Part shown: positions 49,254 through 57,324 of the stretch, piece by piece
Numbering within the stretch: the first letter of the stretch is position 1
Layout of the letters: every line of letters begins with the position of its first letter
The notes under the pieces: model-generated
What the model was told of the DNA's origin: nothing
What the model saw: the letters and a program-made list of their open reading frames with translations, nothing else
Database searches by the model: none
Made by a program: the position numbers and the translations under genes
Assembly (NCBI GenBank): GCA_031411295.1
Contig: JANOAV010000157.1
Span: forward strand, 126,284-190,283
Source: Verrucomicrobiales bacterium
Lineage (GTDB): Bacteria > Verrucomicrobiota > Verrucomicrobiia > Verrucomicrobiales > V1-33
Reading direction: 5' to 3'
Length of the DNA stretch: 64,000 nucleotides

Positions 49254-50228
49254 ATGAAATCGATTTTAGAACGTGCTAGCAAATACATTGCGACCATCTA
49301 CAGCATCAGTGGGAACGGAGGACACGCCTCTGCATTTACTGCCGCTAAAGCCCTCGCTGTGGGATTCAACCTGCCAGAGGAAACCTGCATGGAGCTCCTT
49401 AGGGAATGGAATCAGACAAACGCGATTCCTCCGTGGACCGAGGACCAGCTTCGCCACAAGGTCCGAGAAGCCGCCAAGTCACCCCGCCAAGCAGGCTACT
49501 TGCTGGCCAACGACAGGGAAGCCGCCTACAGCACCTCTTATCCTTCCGCAGTTCCAATGACGCCAACTGTGAATGAAGCCGCTAGGAAGGCATCACAGCG
49601 CTCACAATGGCCATCCTTTAGACTTGGCACGGATAACGAAATGCGGACGCTGGCAACACTCCGCCACGTCCAACCGGGAATTGTCTGGCTAGCACAGCGG
49701 GAAGGGTTACTTCGGTTCACCACGGCCATAACCGGGGAAACCTGCTACGTCTTCACAGAGCGGACGTTGGCACAGGTGCGAAGACTGGACGGACACCCGT
49801 TCACCAAGGCGGACGGCACTACATTCAAGAGCCGGAACCTGCCCGGGAGTGAAGGGAAATGGATGGGCTCTACAATGCTGGAAAGCCAGCCGAAGGCTCC
49901 CGTGCTCATTGTCGAAGGCTTGGTGGCATGGATGGAGGCGGCCCACGCCATCACCGCCAGTGACCACCTTCCATGGCTGCCATTTGCCGCCCTAGCAGCC
50001 GGGGTGAAACTTGAATCCCGCGAGTTGGCTTTGCTGGCTGGGCGGCGGGTTCTCATAGCCCGTGACTTGGGTGAGGCGGGCGTGGAGGCGGCTTTGAATT
50101 GGGAGGAATCGCTTCAAGAGATCGGCGTGCAAGTTAGCATTTGGGAACCGCCTCCCGGGGCTAAGGACTTAGGCGACGCTCTACGGCTGCCGTCATTCAA
50201 TGCGAACTCCATTTTCAACCACGCCTAG
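49254..50228 (+). CDS. Primase-like protein (PriCT-like helical N-terminus plus TOPRIM-like domain)
   Basis: EWN---IPPW----L-HK; VLIVEG; IARD--EAG; GAKDLGD. Confidence 0.7.
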   Translation: MKSILERASKYIATIYSISGNGGHASAFTAAKALAVGFNLPEETCMELLREWNQTNAIPPWTEDQLRHKVREAAKSPRQAGYLLANDREAAYSTSYPSAVPMTPTVNEAARKASQRSQWPSFRLGTDNEMRTLATLRHVQPGIVWLAQREGLLRFTTAITGETCYVFTERTLAQVRRLDGHPFTKADGTTFKSRNLPGSEGKWMGSTMLESQPKAPVLIVEGLVAWMEAAHAITASDHLPWLPFAALAAGVKLESRELALLAGRRVLIARDLGEAGVEAALNWEESLQEIGVQVSIWEPPPGAKDLGDALRLPSFNANSIFNHA

Positions 50229-50231
50229 ATT

Positions 50232-51602
50232 ATGACTCAACCAGATTTGTTCCAATACGAAACTCGCCCCGGAGCGGAAATGCCCGCGCTACGTGCGGAA
50301 AGCCCTGAATTAGCCGATGCCCGCCGCAAACGACTGCTAAAGAAAGCATCCAAAGCAGCGTCCGCTGTTTTCTCGCCTCCGGTGATTTCGCCTGATGCAC
50401 GCTGGACGCTCCCCGCGCTCGCATTGCACGGCATAGCAGGGGAAATCGTGCGGGAAATAGAGCCGAAAACTGAAGCCCACCCTGCCGCGCTTCTCGTTAC
50501 CTTCCTAACTGCCGCTGGCAATATTTTAGGGAGAAGTTGCGGCATCTTTGCAGGGAACTCCATGCACCATCCCCGGTTGTTCACCGCCATCATAGGCGCG
50601 ACATCAAAAGGACGGAAGGGAACCAGTTGGCAAGCCATGCTTCCAATTCTGCGGGCGGCGGACGAAGACTGGAGCCAACGTCGCATCCAGCACGCTTTGG
50701 CCAGCGGAGAGGGGCTTATCTCTGCTGTGCGAGATCCCGCGCCAGATGACGAGGATGATCTTGGTGAACCCGATAAACGGCTACTCGTTTTTGATGAAGA
50801 GCTTGGGCGGACGCTGGGTTTATTCAAAAAGGCCGATGGAACACTGAGTGCCATTCTCCGCAGCGCCTACGACGGCAACACGTTGTCCAACCCCACCAAG
50901 AATAAGAAGCAAACCGCCACGGAACCCCACATCAGCATTGTGGGGCACATCACACGCGAAGAACTTACCAAGTCACTCCAGGAAACGGAGGTCTTCAATG
51001 GTCTAATCAACCGTTACCTGTGGGTGCTCACTAAGCGCACACGGTGCCTGCCGGAAACGCCGCCAATCGATCCGGATTTTGCAGCGGCAACATCCGCCCG
51101 ACTTTGCGAAATCATTGAGTGGGCACGCGTGGGCCGCACACTCACCCGATCTCCAGAGGCCGCTAGTCAATGGGACTCAGACTATGTTGAGCTATCCGAC
51201 TACGGGGAGAAACGTGCAGGCGTCTATGCCGCCGTCACGGGGCGTGCTGAAGCCCACGTCACACGCCTAAGCCTGCTCTATGCCATTCTTGATTGCAGCC
51301 CTCGGATTGAGCTTTGCCACCACTTAGCCGCGATGGCACTGTGGGAATATTGTGACAGGGGGGCACGCTGGATTTTCTGCCACGGAGAAACCGGAAATCC
51401 AGACGCGGACAAAATTCTTACCGCCCTGAAACTGAATCCAGAAGGCATGAGTCGGACTCAAATTTCCGGTGAGGTTTTCAAACGCAATGCCTCAGCAGCC
51501 GTCATAGAAACCGCTCTCAACTTGCTGGAAAGCCAAGGCAGGGCCATCCCAAAGCTGATCGAAACAGAGGGGAAATCCACTGAAATATGGAAGGCGCTTT
51601 GA
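50232..51602 (+). CDS. DUF3987-family P-loop helicase-like protein
   Basis: IIGATSKGRKGT Walker A-like, SGEGL, FDEE, LRSAYDG, NGLINRYL motifs; C-terminal HTH. Confidence 0.8.
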   Translation: MTQPDLFQYETRPGAEMPALRAESPELADARRKRLLKKASKAASAVFSPPVISPDARWTLPALALHGIAGEIVREIEPKTEAHPAALLVTFLTAAGNILGRSCGIFAGNSMHHPRLFTAIIGATSKGRKGTSWQAMLPILRAADEDWSQRRIQHALASGEGLISAVRDPAPDDEDDLGEPDKRLLVFDEELGRTLGLFKKADGTLSAILRSAYDGNTLSNPTKNKKQTATEPHISIVGHITREELTKSLQETEVFNGLINRYLWVLTKRTRCLPETPPIDPDFAAATSARLCEIIEWARVGRTLTRSPEAASQWDSDYVELSDYGEKRAGVYAAVTGRAEAHVTRLSLLYAILDCSPRIELCHHLAAMALWEYCDRGARWIFCHGETGNPDADKILTALKLNPEGMSRTQISGEVFKRNASAAVIETALNLLESQGRAIPKLIETEGKSTEIWKAL

Positions 51603-51613
51603 ACGAGGAAACC

Positions 51614-51677
51614 CTACGAAATTAACGAATTAACGAAAAAAGGGGGGGCTTATTTCGTAAATTCGTTAAATTCGTAG
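51614..51677. repeat. 25-bp inverted repeat built from ACGAA units, putative element origin
   Basis: CTACGAAATTAACGAATTAACGAAA and TTTCGTAAATTCGTTAAATTCGTAG are 23/25 complementary, with a 14-nt spacer containing G7. Confidence 0.8.
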
Positions 51678-51810
51678 TTCGTAACACGCTATTCTCGCTC
51701 CACTCAGGGCACAAGCTGCTGGACGCCGCCGGGAAGCCGCTGCATCGCAAAGGCTAGTTCGGCAAAAACCGTTATTTCAGAGTTTACGAATCAGCGGGCC
51801 TGATTTAGCA

Positions 51811-52302
51811 ATGGGCATGACAATCGCATTCGAACTATTCAAATTGGCTGTTGTGGGTCTCATTGCTGGCTTATTCTCCTCGACTTTGGCAAACCGTGAC
51901 CATCGTGGGCGCAAATGGTGGGAGATGAGGGTAGCAGCCTACCAAGGAGCCATCGAAGCTCTGTCTGACTTGGTTTACTATTATGACAAGCGCTATGCTT
52001 CAGAGGCTAACTACAGGGAACTTTCTTCGGAGACAGAGGAGAAGCTGAAGCTACTCTTTCAGAAGTCCTTCCCTAAAATTCGGCGACTTACCGACACTGG
52101 CGCTTTCCTCTTTTCCGATCAAGCTCAAGCAGCGCTTAAAGATTTCGTAAATCAAGATGAATCAGACTTCTACTTAGAGATGCTGGAAAACTACCGCGCA
52201 AAAGCGAAGGCCTGCCTTGAGAAACTGGTGAATTACTCCAAGGAGGACCTGAGCCTCACAAGCAAATGGCAGAGAGACCTCAAGGCTTGGTGGAACTCGT
52301 AG
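51811..52302 (+). CDS. Hypothetical protein with N-terminal TM helix
   Basis: 163 aa; hydrophobic N-terminus followed by a helical domain; convergent with the defence operon. Confidence 0.75.
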   Translation: MGMTIAFELFKLAVVGLIAGLFSSTLANRDHRGRKWWEMRVAAYQGAIEALSDLVYYYDKRYASEANYRELSSETEEKLKLLFQKSFPKIRRLTDTGAFLFSDQAQAALKDFVNQDESDFYLEMLENYRAKAKACLEKLVNYSKEDLSLTSKWQRDLKAWWNS

Positions 52303-52307
52303 GCTTG

Positions 52308-55016
52308 TTACCAAGACTCCGACAGCTTATCCACGACATCATGCCTCGCCAGAACACGGCTGCATAGCTCCCAGCGGTTGGCGTCTGGGTCGATGGTTTC
52401 TCGGTAGCGCATTTCGAAGACATCGTGGGCCTTGGCTCTCAGGTGGAGGTATTCATCCATCTTGGCGGCCAGTTGTTCCTGGCTTTCGATCCACTCGTCC
52501 TCGATTGTATCTGGAAGGCCACCGAAAATGTCGAACTTATCTTTGAGTCGTTGGGAAAGGACCGAGTAAACTTTCTCATCCCTAGTTTCCTCATAAACGA
52601 GGTTGAGCATGTCAACGCTACGACGTGCTTGGCCGAACCGCTTGATTCGTCCCAAGCGTTGTTCCAACCGGGAGGGATTCCACGGCAGATCGATATTGAT
52701 CAGGGTTCCGAGTGTTTGAAGGTTTAGTCCTTCACAAGCCGCATCTGTGGCAACCAGTAACCGAATGGTGCGCTCTTTGACTGCCTTCTTGAGATCTTCA
52801 CGCTCCACGGAGGCGAATTCCTCACCCCTGAAGATTCCGCTCTTTCCTGCACCAGCATAGACGCCCACGGGCTCGCCAGGCAGCGTTTTCGCCAATTCGG
52901 ACGCAACCCAGAAAGCTGTGTCGTAATATTGACTGAAGACAATGGAACCATGCTCCAGCCATGTCTTGCCCTCAGTCCGATGCTCCGTTAGGAACCACTT
53001 TACCGCACCCAGCTTTGGATCGCGAGCCTCGGGGCGGGAAAGTTCCTCCACAATGGTTCGCAAATAATGGGCTTCCGTCGGGGTAAGATCACTCAGCATA
53101 TCCGGGAGTTCCAGCCCTTCTTCGCTTTCTTCCTCCAATTCCTCCCCCCGCAGCAGTTTAGTGGCGGTAGAGCGGCCGGAGGCGAAGCTGGAGCAGATGC
53201 GTTGGAGCAGGAGCGACTTCATGAAGCCCGCCGCCTTGGTGCGCTTCTGCAAAGCAGTGGTGAAATTTTCCGCTGCCTCATATGCGAGATCAAATGGATG
53301 GTTGGTCCTCAATCCCAGTCCGACAAAACCCAGTGGACCGTAAACTCCCGGATTCTTTGGATCGGGGTGAATCTCCACGGCAATTTTTTGGAGCAATCCC
53401 GCTTCCTCCAACGTGTGCCGCCGCCGGATAATCGTATGGCGCACGATGGGATTATGTTCCCGGAAATATCCCGGATCCAAGGTCGCAGAGAGCATTTGCT
53501 GCTCAAAGAATCCCAATGACCCGAATCCTTTGTCGGTGAAAAATGACTTGTCGGGAATCCCCAACTGAAGCCGCAGACTTGTCATATTGGGATCGTCGTC
53601 ACCCGGAGGTAACGGGTTTCGGATCCACTCCCATGCATCGTTTTCATTCGCTGGCGTGGTATCACCCTTCACGAAAGGAAGCGCCTGCTCCCAGTCCACC
53701 CACTTGCCCAAGATCTCCTTGCCGAGCACAAAATCACACCCTGAATTCAGAATTCGCATTAGATCCCAAAGCTCGTGGACAGCCGTTTGAATGGGCGTAG
53801 CCGTGCCGAGCAGAATGTTCTTTGCTCGTGGCCCGATCTTCAGCATGAAATCGAGTAAGTTGTTTGACTCATCTTTCCTTTCGCCAAGGCCACCGCGCCG
53901 TCGAGCCTTGTGCGCTTCATCGAGAATTAGGGTGCCAAACTTTCGTTCCAGCAAGACCTGCCGTTCTGTTGAGTCGTGGAAAATGAGCCCAGTGGAAACG
54001 ATGGCGATGCGGAATGGACAGCGCCCGATGTCCTCTGGCCCCCGAGTTTTGACAATATGGCCTTGATGGTCCTGCCAGACCTTCTTGGAGGATAGCCAAA
54101 TAGCGCTTGGGATACCCAGACGATCTTTCAACTCTACCTGCCATTGGAATGTCAGGGTGGATGGGCAGAGAATCAGCACTGGCCCATCATCTAGCAATGC
54201 GGAAACAAGCGCGCTGGCAGCTAGGGAGAGTGTCTTGCCGACTCCCACTTCATCCGCCAGCAGCATCCGGGCTTTTCCGTAGGTCTCTCGGTGCTTGAGG
54301 AAAAGAGTGACGAAGGCGCGTTGCCAGGGTTCCAGTTGTTCGCCGCCTCGGTAGATTGGGCTTTCCGCCAGTGCAGCCCCCGGTAACTCAGAGGGTTTCA
54401 CATCGGGGAAATGAATCTCTGTGCGGTCAGCAATTCGTTTGATTTCGGAAATGATGGCATCAGGCAACGGATAGGAATCTTTCCACAGCGCGGCAAACTC
54501 TTCTTCCACCCAAGCCACTCCTTCCGCTGATTGATCCTCCCAAAGGATTTCGTAATTTCCAGCAAAGGCGCTTTTCGTTTCGTTGATGGAGCCAAGAAAA
54601 CTAGTCAGGCTACCATCGGCAGTTTCGATCACCCCAGCCTTGCCGTGAATGAACACGCGATCCTTTGGCACCACCCGTATTTCCACACGTCCACTCGTCA
54701 ACAGTTCGTGCAGTTTGCGATAGCGTTCCCGGTGCAGGAGGGCCTCCACGGCTGCGGAGGATTCATTCCAGCGCTCTTTCAGGGCTGTTTCCCGAACGTG
54801 CTTTGAGACCACCACATCCGCCGCATCCAACTCGCTGTTGCAGACAATCTGGACGATGGGAATCGAAGCAATTTCTTCCCCCACCAGTTCAAAGATCGAG
54901 CTGCGAAAATAACCGGCAATTCGGCGGTAGGATTTAGCCCCAGCCAACCGCTTCGATAAAAAAGCATGATCCAGCCTTTCACGGCGGGAGGAGAAGCGGT
55001 TGATGCCTTGATTCAT
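52308..55016 (-). CDS. PLD-nuclease plus SNF2-type helicase, anti-phage (restriction-like system)
   Basis: IHGK...GSIN PLD motif; LADEVGVGKT; DEAH; TAT; EGLNLQ; QRLGRIKRFGQ. Confidence 0.93.
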   Translation of the reverse strand: MNQGINRFSSRRERLDHAFLSKRLAGAKSYRRIAGYFRSSIFELVGEEIASIPIVQIVCNSELDAADVVVSKHVRETALKERWNESSAAVEALLHRERYRKLHELLTSGRVEIRVVPKDRVFIHGKAGVIETADGSLTSFLGSINETKSAFAGNYEILWEDQSAEGVAWVEEEFAALWKDSYPLPDAIISEIKRIADRTEIHFPDVKPSELPGAALAESPIYRGGEQLEPWQRAFVTLFLKHRETYGKARMLLADEVGVGKTLSLAASALVSALLDDGPVLILCPSTLTFQWQVELKDRLGIPSAIWLSSKKVWQDHQGHIVKTRGPEDIGRCPFRIAIVSTGLIFHDSTERQVLLERKFGTLILDEAHKARRRGGLGERKDESNNLLDFMLKIGPRAKNILLGTATPIQTAVHELWDLMRILNSGCDFVLGKEILGKWVDWEQALPFVKGDTTPANENDAWEWIRNPLPPGDDDPNMTSLRLQLGIPDKSFFTDKGFGSLGFFEQQMLSATLDPGYFREHNPIVRHTIIRRRHTLEEAGLLQKIAVEIHPDPKNPGVYGPLGFVGLGLRTNHPFDLAYEAAENFTTALQKRTKAAGFMKSLLLQRICSSFASGRSTATKLLRGEELEEESEEGLELPDMLSDLTPTEAHYLRTIVEELSRPEARDPKLGAVKWFLTEHRTEGKTWLEHGSIVFSQYYDTAFWVASELAKTLPGEPVGVYAGAGKSGIFRGEEFASVEREDLKKAVKERTIRLLVATDAACEGLNLQTLGTLINIDLPWNPSRLEQRLGRIKRFGQARRSVDMLNLVYEETRDEKVYSVLSQRLKDKFDIFGGLPDTIEDEWIESQEQLAAKMDEYLHLRAKAHDVFEMRYRETIDPDANRWELCSRVLARHDVVDKLSESW

Positions 55017-55027
55017 CGAGGCAGTGA

Positions 55028-55465
55028 TTATCGGGGAGTCAGGGGATTGATCCAGCTCAAGCCGGGAAACCGGGCGAACCCCTGATCAATGCTGACCAAG
55101 GTTGCGCGGTGTTCGATTGCGAGAGCAGCCAGCCAGACATCGTTGATGTCGTTACCGACCAAGCCGAGCGTGGTGATGAAATTGGCGAATATCCCGGAAT
55201 GCCGCAGCCCAGCCGCAAGCCGACGCGTGCCAGGATAACTCCACAAATCGTCCTTCCAGAATCCGAGCGTTTCCGCCATGGGCACCAATTGCAGCTTGGG
55301 GAGCGTGGGAATTCTCAGCAACGCAACCTCCACCAACTCGCACAGACCGATGGTGTCGCCCGCAGCAGAGGTGTCAGTCAGCCAGAGACGGCAGGAATCA
55401 TGCTCCGTGGAATTTTTGCGCAAGGCATGGATCAGAACATTGGCATCGGGCAAAAAGAGTGCCAT
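55028..55465 (-). CDS. vapC: PIN-domain toxin (VapC family)
   Basis: LPDANVL start; GNDINDVWLAALAIEH; VSIDQGFARF. Confidence 0.92.
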   Translation of the reverse strand: MALFLPDANVLIHALRKNSTEHDSCRLWLTDTSAAGDTIGLCELVEVALLRIPTLPKLQLVPMAETLGFWKDDLWSYPGTRRLAAGLRHSGIFANFITTLGLVGNDINDVWLAALAIEHRATLVSIDQGFARFPGLSWINPLTPR

Positions 55466-55737
55466 CAGAATTGACGAGCCTCCAAGCCCAGTTTCGCAAC
55501 ATCATCAGCTTCCTGCTCGGCCTCGGCCACCGCACGGATTTCCGCCCACGTCCTGGTGTCAGCTTTCCCTCCCGCATAGACCCGGAAGCAATGAGGAGTG
55601 GGTGAAGAAGATGGCCTCCGCTCCAAACGTAAACGCAGCCCCTCCTCAAGAAAACGGGTGATGCTTACACCCGCTCTGGCGGCCTCCGCTTTGGCCTCCC
55701 GGTAGAGATCATCGTCAATTCTCAATGTAGTCTGCAT
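55465..55737 (-). CDS. vapB: Ribbon-helix-helix antitoxin (VapB/CopG-like)
   Basis: MQTTLRIDDDLYREAK--AA--G-S----LEEGLR; overlaps the PIN gene start. Confidence 0.88.
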   Translation of the reverse strand: MQTTLRIDDDLYREAKAEAARAGVSITRFLEEGLRLRLERRPSSSPTPHCFRVYAGGKADTRTWAEIRAVAEAEQEADDVAKLGLEARQF

Positions 55738-55771
55738 GACAGTAAAATAGCATTTGAAAGATTTCTGTCAA
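55738..55771 (-). promoter_or_regulatory. Sigma70-type promoter of vapBC, probably leaderless
   Basis: TTGACA-16 nt-(TGn)TATTTT-6 nt-ATG, bracketed by the inverted repeat TGACAG...CTGTCA. Confidence 0.7.
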
Positions 55772-55788
55772 TCAGAGCACTCGGGAAA

Positions 55789-55971
55789 TTAACCCATTGA
55801 ACAAATCAGCGATTCTCCTTCAGTATCGAAAAAGACTCGCATCGGCAGCAGTTAAGAACCAAATTTTGCCTGCATGGCAGCAGCCCAGAGTGATTCCCTC
55901 GTCTCGCTTGGATCGAGCGTCATGGTGCCAGCCCATTTGTTGATCCAGTCACGAATGTCTTTCCGTGGTGG
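55789..55971 (-). pseudogene. Remnant of a second TA pair (antitoxin C-terminus plus PIN N-terminus)
   Basis: Reads ...INKWAGTMTLDPSETRESLWAAAMQAKFGS* (55971-55852), then MRVFFDT... (55842-55789), which stops after 17 aa. Confidence 0.5.
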
Positions 55972-56277
55972 TTAAGCGAATTCCTTGGCTTCTTTACGAC
56001 CTAGAGCCACGGCTCCTTTGATGAATTGCTTCACCAAGGAGTCGCAGTTGGAAAACTTGATCCGCGTGGCGAAATCCTCCACATGATGCGCCACAATCGT
56101 GGCCACGAGAGCATTGCAGAAGGAACTGGTCATGTTGGTGATGCCCTCAAAATCAAAGATAATTTCATGGCCCTGAGCCAGCGCTGGCTCCACCTCTGTG
56201 AAGCGAAATGCATTGGCAACGTCCCCGTCTGAGAGGAACGTTCCAAACCGCTCGGCCATGTGGAAGATCGTTTTCAT
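55972..56277 (-). CDS. STAS-like domain protein (DUF4325-like)
   Basis: IIFDFEGITNMTSSF-NAL...IKFSN; abuts the upstream gene. Confidence 0.82.
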   Translation of the reverse strand: MKTIFHMAERFGTFLSDGDVANAFRFTEVEPALAQGHEIIFDFEGITNMTSSFCNALVATIVAHHVEDFATRIKFSNCDSLVKQFIKGAVALGRKEAKEFA

Positions 56278-57237
56278 TTAAATGAAAATATCTTCGTCTG
56301 GTTCCGAAGTCAAGCTCATGGATTGCTGCGCGTGAACGAGTAGCTCTTGGAAACTGGCGATCTGGGTGCGCAAAAACAACACGCTGACGCTCGTTCCGGG
56401 CAGGCTCATGCCTCCGGGAAGGGGTTCTATTTTCACAGGATTGTCGCCTCGGATGTGGGCTATGGCATTTCCTGATGCGATGATTAGCTCCCCGTATGAA
56501 GCTGCAATCATGTGATGAATCATGGTTAATCCAGCCCCACGGTTTGGGCTCTCGCCATACGGCCCTAACTTTAGGTGGCGCTTGCTTGATTTCCAAGGTT
56601 GCAGAGCCAGAGCCACCGCATCCACGTCCGTCATTCCCTCAAAATAGTCGGGCGAATTATTGAGGCGAAATCCTTCCAGTATCCCCATCCCATAGTCAGC
56701 CATGCCAATCCGCGCCCAATCTTTACCGCCGATGTATTGGGCAGCCACGAAGCCGGGCTTTCCCGCGTGCTGCTGACAGTTCGCTACGATTTCTCCCACG
56801 GCGTATTGGGCAAAGCGCAGCACTTCATTCGCAGGATCATCTGTTCCTGCCAGGCACGCACCCAAGCGCTGCGCCACTGAATCATGCAGCCGCGCAATTC
56901 CCGGCAGCACCTGCTGGAGTTCGACAAATGAGGTGCCTGGGGTATTCCGTTGGAAATTTTCAGGCAATGTTAGTCCTATGCGGTCAAAGAAATCCATTCG
57001 CTGCAAATAGCCCCGTGCTGGACATGCCTCAAGACTGATGATCCTAACGTCTCGCCCTGCCGAGGTCCACCGATTGGCCATCGCGCACATCGTGGCAATG
57101 GCGCAGGGAATCCAGTATTTCACATCCTTAAAATCCAAGCCTATCTCAGCATCTCCACAATCCATGCGCGCCACTTCTCGCAAGAAACGAGGAAGATTAC
57201 TTTCATAGACCTGAGATAGTAGCTTATAGATTATCAC
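56278..57237 (-). CDS. STAS-like plus HATPase_c (anti-sigma kinase-like GHKL) protein
   Basis: N-terminal LDFKDV...GYLQRMDFF; GHKL boxes EIVANCQQH, DYGMG, GAGL, GTSV. Confidence 0.8.
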   Translation of the reverse strand: MIIYKLLSQVYESNLPRFLREVARMDCGDAEIGLDFKDVKYWIPCAIATMCAMANRWTSAGRDVRIISLEACPARGYLQRMDFFDRIGLTLPENFQRNTPGTSFVELQQVLPGIARLHDSVAQRLGACLAGTDDPANEVLRFAQYAVGEIVANCQQHAGKPGFVAAQYIGGKDWARIGMADYGMGILEGFRLNNSPDYFEGMTDVDAVALALQPWKSSKRHLKLGPYGESPNRGAGLTMIHHMIAASYGELIIASGNAIAHIRGDNPVKIEPLPGGMSLPGTSVSVLFLRTQIASFQELLVHAQQSMSLTSEPDEDIFI

Positions 57238-57324
57238 GGCTGGGAAGGGTGACTCGTTGGGAAATTAGAGTTTATAGTCATGATGCTGCAAGGGAGGTCC
57301 ATCAGAACCCCTGCTAAACGAAAC

